Shown here piece by piece: positions 16,187-32,942 of a stretch of DNA of 64,000 bases (position 1 is the stretch's first letter; the number at the start of each line of letters is the position of its first letter). Source of the stretch: the human T2T-CHM13v2.0 reference genome, Homo sapiens; assembly GCF_009914755.1 (NCBI RefSeq), contig NC_060925.1; one strand, 5' to 3'. The notes below the pieces were generated by a model that searched no databases, had not been told where the DNA came from, and was given only the letters and a program-made list of their open reading frames with translations. The translations under genes were made by a program, and so were the position numbers.

Positions 16187-17309
16187 CTTTTTTGCATATT
16201 AGAAATATTTATTCAGAATAATGGCATTAATTGCTTTTAATAGTTTAGAAAAGACCCATCCCCAAAGATCCAGGGCAGCTCCTCTAAGTAAACACAATAT
16301 GCTGTAGTAAACTGTATGCATATTTCCACTGAGTAAAGATTATAAGAAGCCTCAGGTCAGGTCTTACCACCAAATTCCAAAACACTTGGAATGCAGGTAG
16401 CCAGGTACATTGGCAGGTTTTGTCTTGATAAGCAGATAAGAATGGTAGGAATGCTGGTTGATTATCACCCAATCTGCTTTTTTATACCTGAAGTATTCAC
16501 AGCAACTTATTTTAAAAAGCTTTAAAAAGTTATACACCTCCATCCCCTACAACCCCCAATCCAGAATGTGGGACAAGGGTGTTGAGCAGTATGATGGACT
16601 TGGTCTATTCTTAACATTTTACATTTAATACTTCTAACCGCTGTGTGAGGTGGGTACTGTTATTTCCATTTTACAGATGTTGAAACTGAGGCAGAGAAGA
16701 AATTAAGCTAGGAAGCAAGGATCTAAAAACAATGATTTCTGCCTAGGAAGGGTAGGAGGGGTGGAGCTTAGGATTTGAAAACTGAAAGCTGATCTCTTAA
16801 TTTATTCTGAAACTTGAAAAGAGACTTGGCAGGCAGTGGTTTAAAAAGTTGTTTGTATCAAGATTTTTGCTATAGACAAGTTCCAGGGCTTGAAAGTAAC
16901 AGTACTTGTAGGCCATGTGTTTGGTCATTGCAGGTCTTGGGATACACATTCTTAAGGTACTTTCCAGTGTCTGGGGAGTTTCTAGTCTCAGTGGATTCTT
17001 GAGAAACATGTGCATTAGTTGGGTGCTGAAGACAAACCAAAGTAGGAGACTAACAAGCACTTAAGGGGGGGTTTGACCCCAAATCTGGAACTTTATTGAT
17101 CAGGGACTATGGCACTATATAAAACTGTGTGCTTTCTTCCTTAGAGGAAATAGCAAGAGACTAGGACTCCCTGGGCTGGATGATCACAAAGCACCTTGTA
17201 AAATCAGCAAAGCAGAGCAGACTGTTAGTTATTATACAACAGGTCTACGAGACCATTTACAGTCTTTATTGATTCCACTTAGGGGGCCATTTTGTTGTAG
17301 GAATATTAC
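16187..17309 (-). pseudogene. Putative processed 3'-UTR-like retrocopy of an unidentified transcript
   Basis: T-tract 16188-16193; minus-strand AATAAA at 16208-16213; degenerate TSD AGTAGAGCAAGAGTAA (16171-16186) / AGTGTAGCAAGAATAA (17310-17325); non-ERV body containing a MIR at ~16625-16705. Confidence 0.7.
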
Positions 17310-17340
17310 AGTGTAGCAAGAATAATTATTTGCCAAATAG

Positions 17341-17783
<443 letters not shown>

Positions 17784-18418
17784 ATGTTCTTCCTCTTGAG
17801 GTCCCAAGATAATGTAGGGCTCCTGGGCCTGTCAGAAAGTGACATTGTTTACTTAACACAGGTCAGGAACTCTGTACAAGGACTGTGTAGACAAAGTATG
17901 AGGCCAGCTATCCCAAGGGGGTTTTATTGGCTCTGTAAGTAAAATTTGATTCCTTAAAGCAATCTGTTTATATTTGAAAGCATGCCATTCTAGTGAAAGC
18001 CTTGGTAAAATAACCAGAATCTCTAACTGTGTTCTGTTACAAAAGAAAACAGAATCTTTTTGCACTTATGCAAATAAATATACTGCCGTAAGTTGAGAAT
18101 ACTCACAAAATCTTTCTAAATTCTGGAGAAATCAGGTAGGGAGAAAGCAATATGCTCCAAATTTTGTTCACAGGAGTATACTCAATTGGTAAAGTTGTAA
18201 ACAGTTCAAAAGAAAAAACTTGTATTAACTGAAAAACAAAAGGATTGGCAATGTTTAACATTATCCACCTCTCCAAGAGAGTCTTAGAAGTTTGTTTTTT
18301 TTCCCTCTCTATTACAATGGTGCAATTTCTAAAGTTATCAGAGACTGGTATTCAAGAGTACCTGTCAGAGCTCTAGGTTTAATTATAAACTGCCTTGTGA
18401 AAAGGATTAAAGTAGAGA

Positions 18419-21600
<3,182 letters not shown>

Positions 21601-21602
21601 TC

Positions 21603-21755
21603 TCCCTAAAATGTATAAAATCAAGCTGCGCCCTGACCACCTGGGGCACATGTTCTTAGCGTCTCTTAAGGGTTGTGTCACAGGCCATGGTCGGTCACAT
21701 TTTGCTCAGAATAAAACTCTTCAAATATTTTACAGAGTTTGATTTTTTGTTGACA
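21603..21755 (+). mobile_element. MER4 LTR 3' end
   Basis: CCCTAAAATGTATAAAATCAAGCTG...CTCAGAATAAAACTCTTCAAATATTTTACAGAGTTTGA..GACA. Confidence 0.8.
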
Positions 21756-22057
21756 GTAGGCTCAGAGACTCTAGCAGAGACACATGGTGAAAGATTTATA
21801 GACAGAAAAAGGAACATGATATACACAAAACAAAAGTGAGGTACAGAAATAGCTGGATTGGTTACAGCTCAGTGTTGCCTAATTTAAACACAGTTTGAAC
21901 AGTTGGCCACCTTTGGCCAAAACTCTGTGATTGTCAGTAGAGTAGGTTACAATCTGTTTAACCTCCATTTAGGTTATAGTATACTGTGTACAGAGAAACT
22001 TTTAGGGAGAACTTAAAATATGGAAGGAGGCAGCTTTAGGCTAAACTTGATTTAACA
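21756..22057 (-). mobile_element. MER57 LTR (3'-truncated), followed by PPT and internal sequence to ~22260
   Basis: Reverse complement of 11646-11945; PPT complement GTTTCCTTATTTT at 22058. Confidence 0.85.
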
Positions 22058-22259
22058 GTTTCCTTATTTTGGTCATCTTCTCAATTTTGAGAAATTGACC
22101 AAAACTTTAGTCATTGTCACCATCATAAATGTACTTATTTGGTCTTCAAACCCACTGATAAATAGCAGACCAGTGGGTTTTGTAAGGTGGGAACAAGAAC
22201 TTCAGATTATTTTTTTGGTAAGGGTTAGAGTAGAGGATACCTCCTCATGCTGGAATCTT

Positions 22260-23294
<1,035 letters not shown>

Positions 23295-23780
23295 GTGGAA
23301 GCTTGCTTTCTGAGATTCCAGGCTGTTCTCTTTAACTTGGATAAAGACCTTCTCTTTGGATCATCTCTCTTGTCCTTGTACTCCTCATTTTTAAAAACTG
23401 CATTCCCTGTAGTTTCTCCCTAGCATGGGTCCCTGTCTTGGAAGGGAGCCTTGGCAAATGAATTTTGAGTTCATAGGGGCCAGACTGCTCCAGCCCTCTT
23501 AAGTCCTTACTGTGGGCCTCTTGTACTTACCTCCTATTGGAGAGATCAGATCTTTCCCTTTTCAGCTGTGTCTTCCATACCTATTACTGTTGGAGAGTTC
23601 TCAGGTCCATCAGACACTGTCTCCATTTCTTCATTCTTCTTCCTCACACACTGATGCAGAAACCATGCAAGTTTTGTGACTGCTGGTTTGTCCCCACTTG
23701 TTTGTATTTTGAGGCTCGTGGGAATACTTTGTCATTTGTTTTTTTGTAAATGTCTGTAGGGTTTGGTTTTGCTATCTAGT

Positions 23781-24146
23781 TGAGACTTAGCCTGTTCAGG
23801 CTGCTATGACAAAATACCTTAGAGAGAGTAATTTACCAACAACAGAAATTTATTTCTCACAGTTGTGGAGGCTGAGAGGTTCAAGGTCAAGGCACTGGCA
23901 GACTCAGTGTCTAGAGAGGGCCTGTTCTTCATAGGTAGTGCCTTCCATGTGTCCTCACATGGCAGAAGGGGTGAACAGGCTCTCTTGAGCTTCTTTTACA
24001 AGGGCACTAATCCTACCCACAAGGGCAGAACCCTCATGATAGAATCCTTTCCCAAAGGCCCTACCTGTTAATATCATCACCTTGGGAGTTAGTTTTCTAT
24101 ATGTGGATTTTGGGGGCAGGGGAGTCACTAACATTCAGACAATAGC
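23781..24146 (-). mobile_element. MaLR LTR (MST/MLT1A-like)
   Basis: CAGGCTGCTATGACAAAATACC...AAATTTATTTCTCACAGTTGTGGAGGCTG...ACATTCAGACAATAGCA. Confidence 0.8.
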
Positions 24147-24259
24147 AAGTTGCTCGTTTGTTTTTGTGTTAGGATTAGGAAAGATTGAACACCTATGCTG
24201 TTGCCCCTGCTGCTGCCATCTTCCCAGAATCTACTATGCTACAGTGTACTTTGCTTTTT

Positions 24260-24355
24260 GTGTGTGTGTATATATATATATATACACATATATATGTATA
24301 TATGCTTTTGTGTATATATATACATATATATGTGTATATATATACATATATATGT
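24260..24355. repeat. (TG)/(TA)-rich microsatellite
   Basis: Direct reading. Confidence 0.9.
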
Positions 24356-24615
24356 TTAAATTAATAGACTTTATTTTTTAGAGCAGTTTTAGTTTCACAG
24401 AGAAACTGAGTAGTAAGTACAGAGAATTACTATTTACCCCTACCCTCTTCAAACCCAAACAGCTTCTTCTATTATCAATGTCATGCGTTAGTGTAGTGCA
24501 TTTATTACAATTGATGAGCCAGCAGTGATATTTTAACCAAAGTCCTTAACTTACATTAGGGCTCATTCTTTTTGTTGTATAGTTCCATAGCTTTTGACAG
24601 CTGTGTAGTGCCATG
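24356..24615 (-). mobile_element. Old L1M 3' fragment
   Basis: TTTTTTAGAGCAGTTTTAGTTTCACAGAGAAACTGAG..AAGTACAGAGA. Confidence 0.7.
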
Positions 24616-25482
24616 TGTATTATATTTCTGTGAGCGTTAAAAAGAAGAATGACCCTCTGCTTAGAAGCGGCTTACCTGTTTCTGGTACAGACACCTTAAC
24701 ACATGGATTTATGCAAGGGTTTTCATGGAGGGGATTCTATGTAATACAACAAATAACAACCTCAAAGAATCCTAACTGTAAAGACAACAAAAGTCTCACA
24801 GGGCTAAACCATGTAATGTCTCTTAATTAAGCTGATGGCATCAAATTTCAGTGAAAGAAATTCAAAGGGAATGGAGGCGACCCAGCAGAGGGGGCAAAAC
24901 AATATAGTACAGTTATTCAGCTTTCTGGTAATCTGGCCTCAGAGAAACATGTACTGTGACTTATATATACTTCAGATAATCTTGCATAAAGTTTTTTGAT
25001 AGATATTGAGAGGCAGCACCAACAATATAAATGTTTTCTTATTAGACATTCTTTCTCAAATGCAAGCCATTGTTTTGCTTGAGATTCTAAGTCTGGGTTC
25101 TCTGCAAGAGGAGAGATGGGCTTTAAACATGGGTAATAGTCCACTGACAACTGTGACATTTCACCAGCTAGTGTAGAAAGGCATTGGGAATAGCACCAGA
25201 TTTCTTGTAGCCTTTTTTGTTTTTGTTTTTGTGTGGAACTGTTTGCAGCTATATGTTCCATAAAGTTTTAACCTTTCCAAGTGGTTTTAACCTTTCCAAT
25301 CAGACTATATTAATAGTAACTGTTTTCCATTTATTTAAAAAACTTTTTTCTTCCATTTCTTTTGAAATTACCTTATAATACCACTGACTATACACAAGGG
25401 GGAGATCACATAATTTGTTGACAATTTTGATCAGTATGTTGTCACCAAAACTGCACATTAACCCGAAAGAGCCAAAAGAGTG

Positions 25483-25959
25483 TGTATAAGTTTCCTCTTG
25501 TTGCTATAACAATTATTACAAACTTAATGGCTTAAAGCAACACAAATTTATTATTTTACAGTTCTGGAGGTCAGAAATTTGAAGTGGGTCTCAGGGGGCT
25601 GAAATCTAGGTGTCAGCAGAGCTGTACTCCTAGAGGCTCTAGGGAAGAATCTGTTTTCTTCCTTTTTCCAGCCTCTAGAGGGAGCCCACATTCTTTGGCT
25701 TGGTCCCTCAGCCAGCAATTGTAAAACTACCTCTGCTTCTGTCGTCCCATTTTCTGTAACTCTTCCGCACCTTTCTTCCTTGCACCCTACACCCTTGTTA
25801 TTACATTGGGCCTGCCCATGTAATCCAGGATAATCTTCCCATCTCAAGATCCTTACTTAATCACATCTGCAAATCCCTTTTGCCATGTGTGGTAACGTAT
25901 TCACAGACTCCAGAGACTTACTTGGACCTTTTTGGGGGCCCATTATTCTGACCTCCACA
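25483..25959 (-). mobile_element. MLT1 (MaLR) LTR
   Basis: TTGCTATAACAATTATTACAAACTTAATGGCTTAAAGCAACAC...AATCCAGGATAATCTTCCCATCTCAAGATCC. Confidence 0.85.
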
Positions 25960-27048
25960 AGTGTATTTAGATAATTATCTATTCTTCCATTTATTTTTGT
26001 CCTGAATCTTCTGGATTTTTGGTTAGTAGGTAAAATTTTTGACTATTATAAATTTCCTTTGAGTAATTAGGAAGATTTTATACATTGTAAATTATTTCCT
26101 GGTAAACTTTTAGGCTGATATTCGTCAATAAATGAACAGGTTATATCTATCTCAATACCTAACAGTTTATTCTTTAAGTGATGACTATTATCTAATTAGG
26201 GACTTGGAAGAACTTCAAAGCTTAGTCTTCTAGATTTTACAAAGTGATAGATTGCTCTATTATTTATCATTTTGTTTCCAAACTGAGTATAAAATAGTCA
26301 ATAGATACGTAAAATGAGACCTCAGAGCTGTTTCCTCTTTTGCAAAGTGAGCGATAAGATGCTCCCCACCTCTCTGTCCAGTTCTTACATTCAATAGAAA
26401 GACTAAATACGCCTAGAAGACAATGAAATACGTTGAGTGACTCAAAGTTGCTCAGAAATTACCATGAGGAATACCCATCCTAGCTTTCCTTGAACCCTGG
26501 ACTGCAGTGCTCATCACCATCAAATCTCATGGAATATCTGGTGGGCTAGATTTTGAGTTGTTGCTTTTTGGGTACTCTGCCAGGTGGTATTGTACAGCAG
26601 ACACATTAAAAGTGACTGAAGTGCAATATTTGTGTCCTCCCCTGAGTGGGATTAGGATCAGAGAAAGTAGGTTCTAAGACATAGAAACCTGTCATGTGAA
26701 AAGTCTTTAGGTGAACAAACTGCAGAAAATTTACGGTTGCAAGAAAAAAGTACAATGAGTTCTAAGACCCTCCTGGAAAATGAGGTTGAGTCATTCTGAG
26801 GATAGTGCTTCTCACAGGGGAGCTGGGAGGGGAAGGAGGCAGGGCAGAGCTGTCAGCTGCAGGAAGCATGGGCTCTGCCTGTAGGATTTTTCATTCCATA
26901 GCAGAAACCACGGAAACTGCAGCCATCTTCATCATGGAGAGGGCTGGGGAAAACAAAGTGGGGAGAATAAAGAACGGGAGATTATCACAAGACTATTACT
27001 TATATTCCCTTGGTTTCTGGTATCACAAGGGTTGTAGAGCACTTAACA

Positions 27049-27328
27049 ATTTTTTTTTTCCTTGAGACGGTCTCGCACCCAGGCTGGAGTGCAGTGGCAT
27101 GAACATAACTCACTGCAGCCTCGACCTCCCAGGCTCAAGCAATCTTCTCGCCTTAGTTCCCCAAGTAGCTAGGCGCACACCAACATGCCCAACTAATTTT
27201 TGTATTTTTTGTAGAGACGGGGTTTTGACATGTTGCCCAGGCTGGTCTCGAACTCCTGAGCTCAAGCAATCTGCCTGCCTCAGCCTCCCAAAGTGTTGGG
27301 ATTACAGGCGTGAGCCACCGTGCCTGGC
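27049..27328 (-). mobile_element. Alu (J-type)
   Basis: Alu consensus with J diagnostics (CAGCCTCGACCTCC, GCTCAAGCAATC). Confidence 0.9.
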
Positions 27329-27735
27329 CACAATATATTTTTCTCTTTGGAATGAGGTAATAAAAGCAACCACTTACTGAGGAGCTCCCAGTACTAGATA
27401 TTAAATGAGCCACTTTTTTCAAGTTCAACAGAGTTTAAAGGTAAAAGAAAGAGAGACATTTTATACCCATAATGTCATTTAATTCTCACACATCTATTTA
27501 GATACCTCCATTTTTAAACGTGAGGAAACAGCTCCAAGAGATTTATGAGCTTTCCCAAGATCACACAACTAGTAAGTTATGGAGCAGGAATTAAAACCAA
27601 AATCTCTCTGACAAGTTTCATGCTTTTTAACTAAATCACAGCAAACTACACTACCAGTCTTTTATACATGTTGGTGAAATCTCTCAATAAATATGGAGAG
27701 TGCCAAAGCTAATCTCATTATCATTCCCAGAAACA

Positions 27736-28222
27736 TACTGGAACAGGAATTAAAAGAAATTAAGGAGTGTATAAGCAAAAACTCAGTTGTATATTAAAAA
27801 ACCCAATTCCCCCTGAGAAAGAGAAAGAGCTGGAGTCCTTTAAAAATTAACTGCCTGTTTTTCTGTGGCCAATAAGCCTTATCTCTCCTCCTTTCCCAAA
27901 CATTGTAAAAACCCTGTTTCCCTAGCTATACAACTACAAAGTCACTAAACAAACTCAAGTCATAAAACATGTTTCTCCTTAAAAAATAAAAAATAATATA
28001 ATACGTCTCAATTAACTAAATAACTGCCTTTGTTTCTCTCTTCTATAATATGCTTCCCCCTGCACAAATCTCCCCCTGCCCCCAAAAATACTTAAAAAAT
28101 AACTCTTTATTCAAAACTCAGTCCTTTAAATATTAATCCGACTGGGCCAATACACCTAAATAGTTAATAAATATCCTTCTAAACCCCATCAGTCTCTCTA
28201 ATTCCTTAAAAATCGCGCAACA
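27736..28222 (+). mobile_element. Solo ERV1 LTR (LTR15-like), G-to-A hypermutated
   Basis: GGAACAGGAATTAAAAGAAATTAA...GAGCTGGAGTCCTTTAAAAATTAACTGCCTG...TTCCTTAAAAATC..CAACA; candidate TSD AAACA / ATACA. Confidence 0.75.
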
Positions 28223-28891
28223 ATACAACTGTTGAAACCTGTACTTACTCTCTCATTGTTAGACCCAGGTTTCTATATGAAGGTCAAACATGGTCTGATA
28301 AGCTTCGTTAAGTAAAAGAAAGCAAGTAGCCTTGAGGTCCCGCAGGGAGCATCAGACACCCCCTGAAGCTTGCGACTCATTTATCTTTAGCACAGTTCAA
28401 TAGGGCCAAAGGGCACGGTGATAGGGATAGCCCTCTGTTGGGGGATGAAGGGTAGGAGTAAGACAAAGGGAAACTTCCAGATGGAGAGAGGAGATGTCTC
28501 AATTTCCTCCCTGCTGTTTCCCTATCACGTTTCCCTTTCTTTTCTTCCTAACGCTGTCCACTATAATTATAATTTGCTTCTTACTTTAACTAAGCTTCTT
28601 TATTTCTTATAATCCACCCTCCCCGCTGTCTTTTCTCCCTCTTAAGATTATTTCCTTTATTTTTAAGTGTCTAAATATATTCCTAAAATGTAAATTTTAA
28701 ATTTAAAATATACTGTTTTAAAATTGTCTCTATACATGTAAACTGAAGGTAACTGATAATATTAGCAGCACTAATATTATAAAAATGTAATTACTACCAA
28801 GAGAAGAGAGTGCTAATAGGTACTCACTAATTTTGGGGGGCTTGGGGGAGAAATGAATTAAAATAAAATGTAATTGAAAGTAACAGCAATA

Positions 28892-29194
28892 CGGCCAGGC
28901 GCAGTGGCTCATGCCTGTAATCCCAGCACTTTGGGAGGCCGAGGCGGGCGGATCACCTGAGGTCGGGAGTTCGAGACCAGCCTGACCAACATGGAGAAAC
29001 CCCATCTCTACTAAAAATACAAAATTAGCCAGGCGTGCTGGCACGTGCCTGTAATCCCAGCTGCTAGGGAGGCTGAGGCAGGAGAATCGCTTGAACCTGG
29101 GAGGCGGAGGTTGTGGTGATCAAGATCGTGCCATTGCACTCTAGCCTGGGCAACAAGAGCGAAACTCTGTCTCAAAAAAAAAAAAAAAAAAAAA
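28892..29194 (+). mobile_element. Alu (Sp-like)
   Basis: Alu consensus; TSD AAAGTAACAGCAATAC. Confidence 0.95.
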
Positions 29195-29847
29195 GTAACA
29201 GCAATACTTATAACTTAGAGAAAAGGAAAGTTTAACATGGAAATTAAATTAAGAGAAATTGCGATTGTTATTTCTTTTGCTGTTTTAGAGAAAATTTTCC
29301 AGTGGTCTGATTTCACAAAACTGTTCCCAGCAATCTAAAAAAATTATGAACTCAGGCAACCTCACACACATACATAAAAGGTATGAAGCATTAAATTTTA
29401 TTTAGATTAATGGAATCACAGACTATTAAAGCTGAGTGAGACCTCAGAGACTTTTTCTTCCAGAGTGACAGAAACTCCTTGAGACCAAGGACAATGTCTT
29501 GTTCTTTGGCTGTAGAAAGCCAAGCCCCAAGCCCAGTTAGTACTAGGCGTTCTGTAAATATTTTTTACCTGAATGAGAAAATGTGAGGCCCAGAGAGATA
29601 ATTGACTCATAACTTCATATAGCAAGTTTGTTGTGGAGATGGGCCTAGGACTGGGGTCTCCTGAGCCTTGTCCATTAAAAATTTTTTTTTTGTCCTTTTT
29701 GCTCGTCATGGACTTGAAGCTCATGGCTTGTTCATTTTGAGTCACCACAGCTCCACACTCTTCATCTGTTTATCTATTTAAATTCAGCTTCAGGCAGTGT
29801 GTGTGTGTTTTCCGAATTCTGATTTTTTCATATATGTTTATTTCAGG

Positions 29848-30690
<843 letters not shown>

Positions 30691-30751
30691 TCATCGAGTA
30701 CTAACATAGTTGACATTTTTAACATCATTTTACTAGTTAAAGAATTTAGCT

Positions 30752-31039
30752 GGCCAGGCCCAGTTGCTTACGGCTGCAATCTCAACACTTTGGGACGTCA
30801 AGGTTGGTGGGTCACTTGAGCCCAGGAGTTTGAGACCAACCTGAGCAACATGGTGAAACATGACTCAACAAAAAATACAAAAATTAGCTGGGTGTAGTGG
30901 CATGTGCCTGTAGTCTCAGCTACTCAGGGGCCTGAGGTAGGAAGATCACATGAGCCTGGAAGGTTGAAGCTGCAGTGAGCTGTGACTGTGCCACTGCGCT
31001 TCAGCCTGGGCCACAGAGCAAGACTCTGTCTCAAAAAAA
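30752..31039 (+). mobile_element. Alu (J-type)
   Basis: Alu consensus; TSD AAAGAATTTAGCT / AAGGAATTTACCT. Confidence 0.9.
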
Positions 31040-31082
31040 GGAATTTACCTGTTTGTACAATCTGGCAATTAATGAATGTCCT

Positions 31083-31385
31083 ATTTATTTATTTATTTAT
31101 TTGAGATGGAGTCTTGCTGTATCACCCAGGCTGAAGTGCAGTGGCACAGTAATAGCTTACTGCAAACTTGACTTCCTCAGGCTCAAGTGATCCTCTTGCC
31201 TCAGCCTCTTGAGTAGTTGGGACTACAGGCCTGTGCCACCATGCCTGGCTAATTTTTTTTATTTTTAGTAGAGATGAAGACTCACTATTTTGCTCAGGCT
31301 GGTTTTGAACTTCTGAGCTCAAGCAGTTCTCCCATCTCAGCCTCCCAAAGTACTGGGATTACAGGCTGAGCTGCTGCTCCCAGCC
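31083..31385 (-). mobile_element. Alu (J-type)
   Basis: Alu consensus. Confidence 0.9.
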
Positions 31386-31605
31386 TTGAATTCCCTTTAC
31401 AACGTGGGCTCTGTAAGTATGTCCTTCCATCATAATGGTCCAACATCCTCTTTTTGTAGCAAACATTTTGTAATGCTCCCTTTGCTCTCCTGAAATGAAG
31501 TTCACAGATAATGTAGCATATACTTGCCTAACTTAAAAAACCAAATGGTCATGTAAATGAGAAATAAAAGGGAAGTAATTTATGATAAAATGCTGTTAAT
31601 TTCAA

Positions 31606-31745
31606 GAAAGTGATGATGATTGTACCACTTTGTGAATATTATTAAAACCACTGACTTGTATATTTTAAGGGTAAACTTTATGGCATGTAAATTATATCTC
31701 AATAAAGTAATAAAGAATATGGCTATTATAACCTAAAAAAAAAAA
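31606..31745 (+). mobile_element. Short poly(A)-tailed retro-insertion (old L1M 3' end plus short unique tail)
   Basis: TSD AAAATGCTGTTAATTTCAA (31587-31605) / AAAATGCTGTTAATTCCAA (31742-31760); AATAAA twice; A-run from 31735. Confidence 0.75.
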
Positions 31746-32369
31746 TGCTGTTAATTCCAATATGTAATTTCTCAAACATAGCTACTTAGAAGACATAATG
31801 ATGGAATAAGACTCTTGCAAGTACACACAGAATCACTGTGATTGCAATAACTACAGGTACTGGATGATACAGATTAATTATGCTGGCAAATCAGATTTGT
31901 TGTTAGTTATCTAATTTTACAAAATGTGAACAACTCTTGGGAACATTCCAAACAACATGAAGTTTAGTTTTACTTGATTTACATGACAGTTGCATTCCTG
32001 GAAAATTTGGTAATATTTATGCTGTACAAAAATGCTTTGTGTTTATATGTAAAATGAAATTAGGCTCCAGGTTCAGATAATCATAAACAGTGTTTTTACT
32101 TACATAAAGACTGAGAGGATTTATAAAGTTGTGTAGGACATGGGGGCAGTTTACCATTGCCCTGACCCATGGATTGCAGAACATCTAATATGTAACCCTA
32201 ACACTACCCAGAAAATGCTGGCAGTGCCTGCCAGTCATTGTGACAACCAAAAAAAATTAAGACTCATTCTAGAAGTGAAATCATCCCGGTTGAGAATCAT
32301 TGGTCAGTGGGTCAGCATTTTTGAGTTACCTGGGATTTTCATTAGGAGAGATGACAATAATAAAGTTGA

Positions 32370-32610
32370 CATTTGTTGACCACTAGTTATGTGTTATATG
32401 CTCTTCTAAACATTTTGTCTGTTTTAACTCATTTAATCCTCACAAAAACCCTATAGTCTAGAGTCTATTATTATTCCCAATTTACTGATGGGGGAATTAA
32501 AACTCATTGAGGTTAAGTAACTCATCCATGAAATCAAAGCTAGTAAGTAAAGAAATCAGAATTCAAACCTAGGCAGTTTGGTGCCAGAGCCTGTGTAAGT
32601 AACCATTGCA
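32370..32610 (-). mobile_element. MIR
   Basis: TAACTCATTTAATCCTCAC...ATTCCCAATTTACTGATGGGG..GAGGTTAAGTAAC core. Confidence 0.75.
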
Positions 32611-32734
32611 CCCCACTCTGTTATGGTAGAAGCTGGGCAGTCCTGAATCAGTTCCCCAAAAATACAGTGATTTAAATAAAATTTATTAGTGTATCCTAAG
32701 TGAATCTGACTAAGCCTGTTGCTGGGGAAATCGG

Positions 32735-32770
32735 TCAAGGTCATTTGACTCCCTTTCTAGCTGCCCTGCC

Positions 32771-32806
<36 letters not shown>

Positions 32807-32942
32807 GCACACATACACACACAGTCTTTTTCAAGGTCATTTGACTCCCTTTCTAGCTGCCCTGCCTGTTTCTCACTTAAACACACACACACACACATAC
32901 ACACACACACACACACGCACACACAGTCTCTCTCTCTCTCTC
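32735..32942. repeat. Tandem duplication (39-bp unique unit plus (CT)n/(CA)n microsatellite)
   Basis: TCAAGGTCATTTGACTCCCTTTCTAGCTGCCCTGCCTGT identical at 32735 and 32831. Confidence 0.92.
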
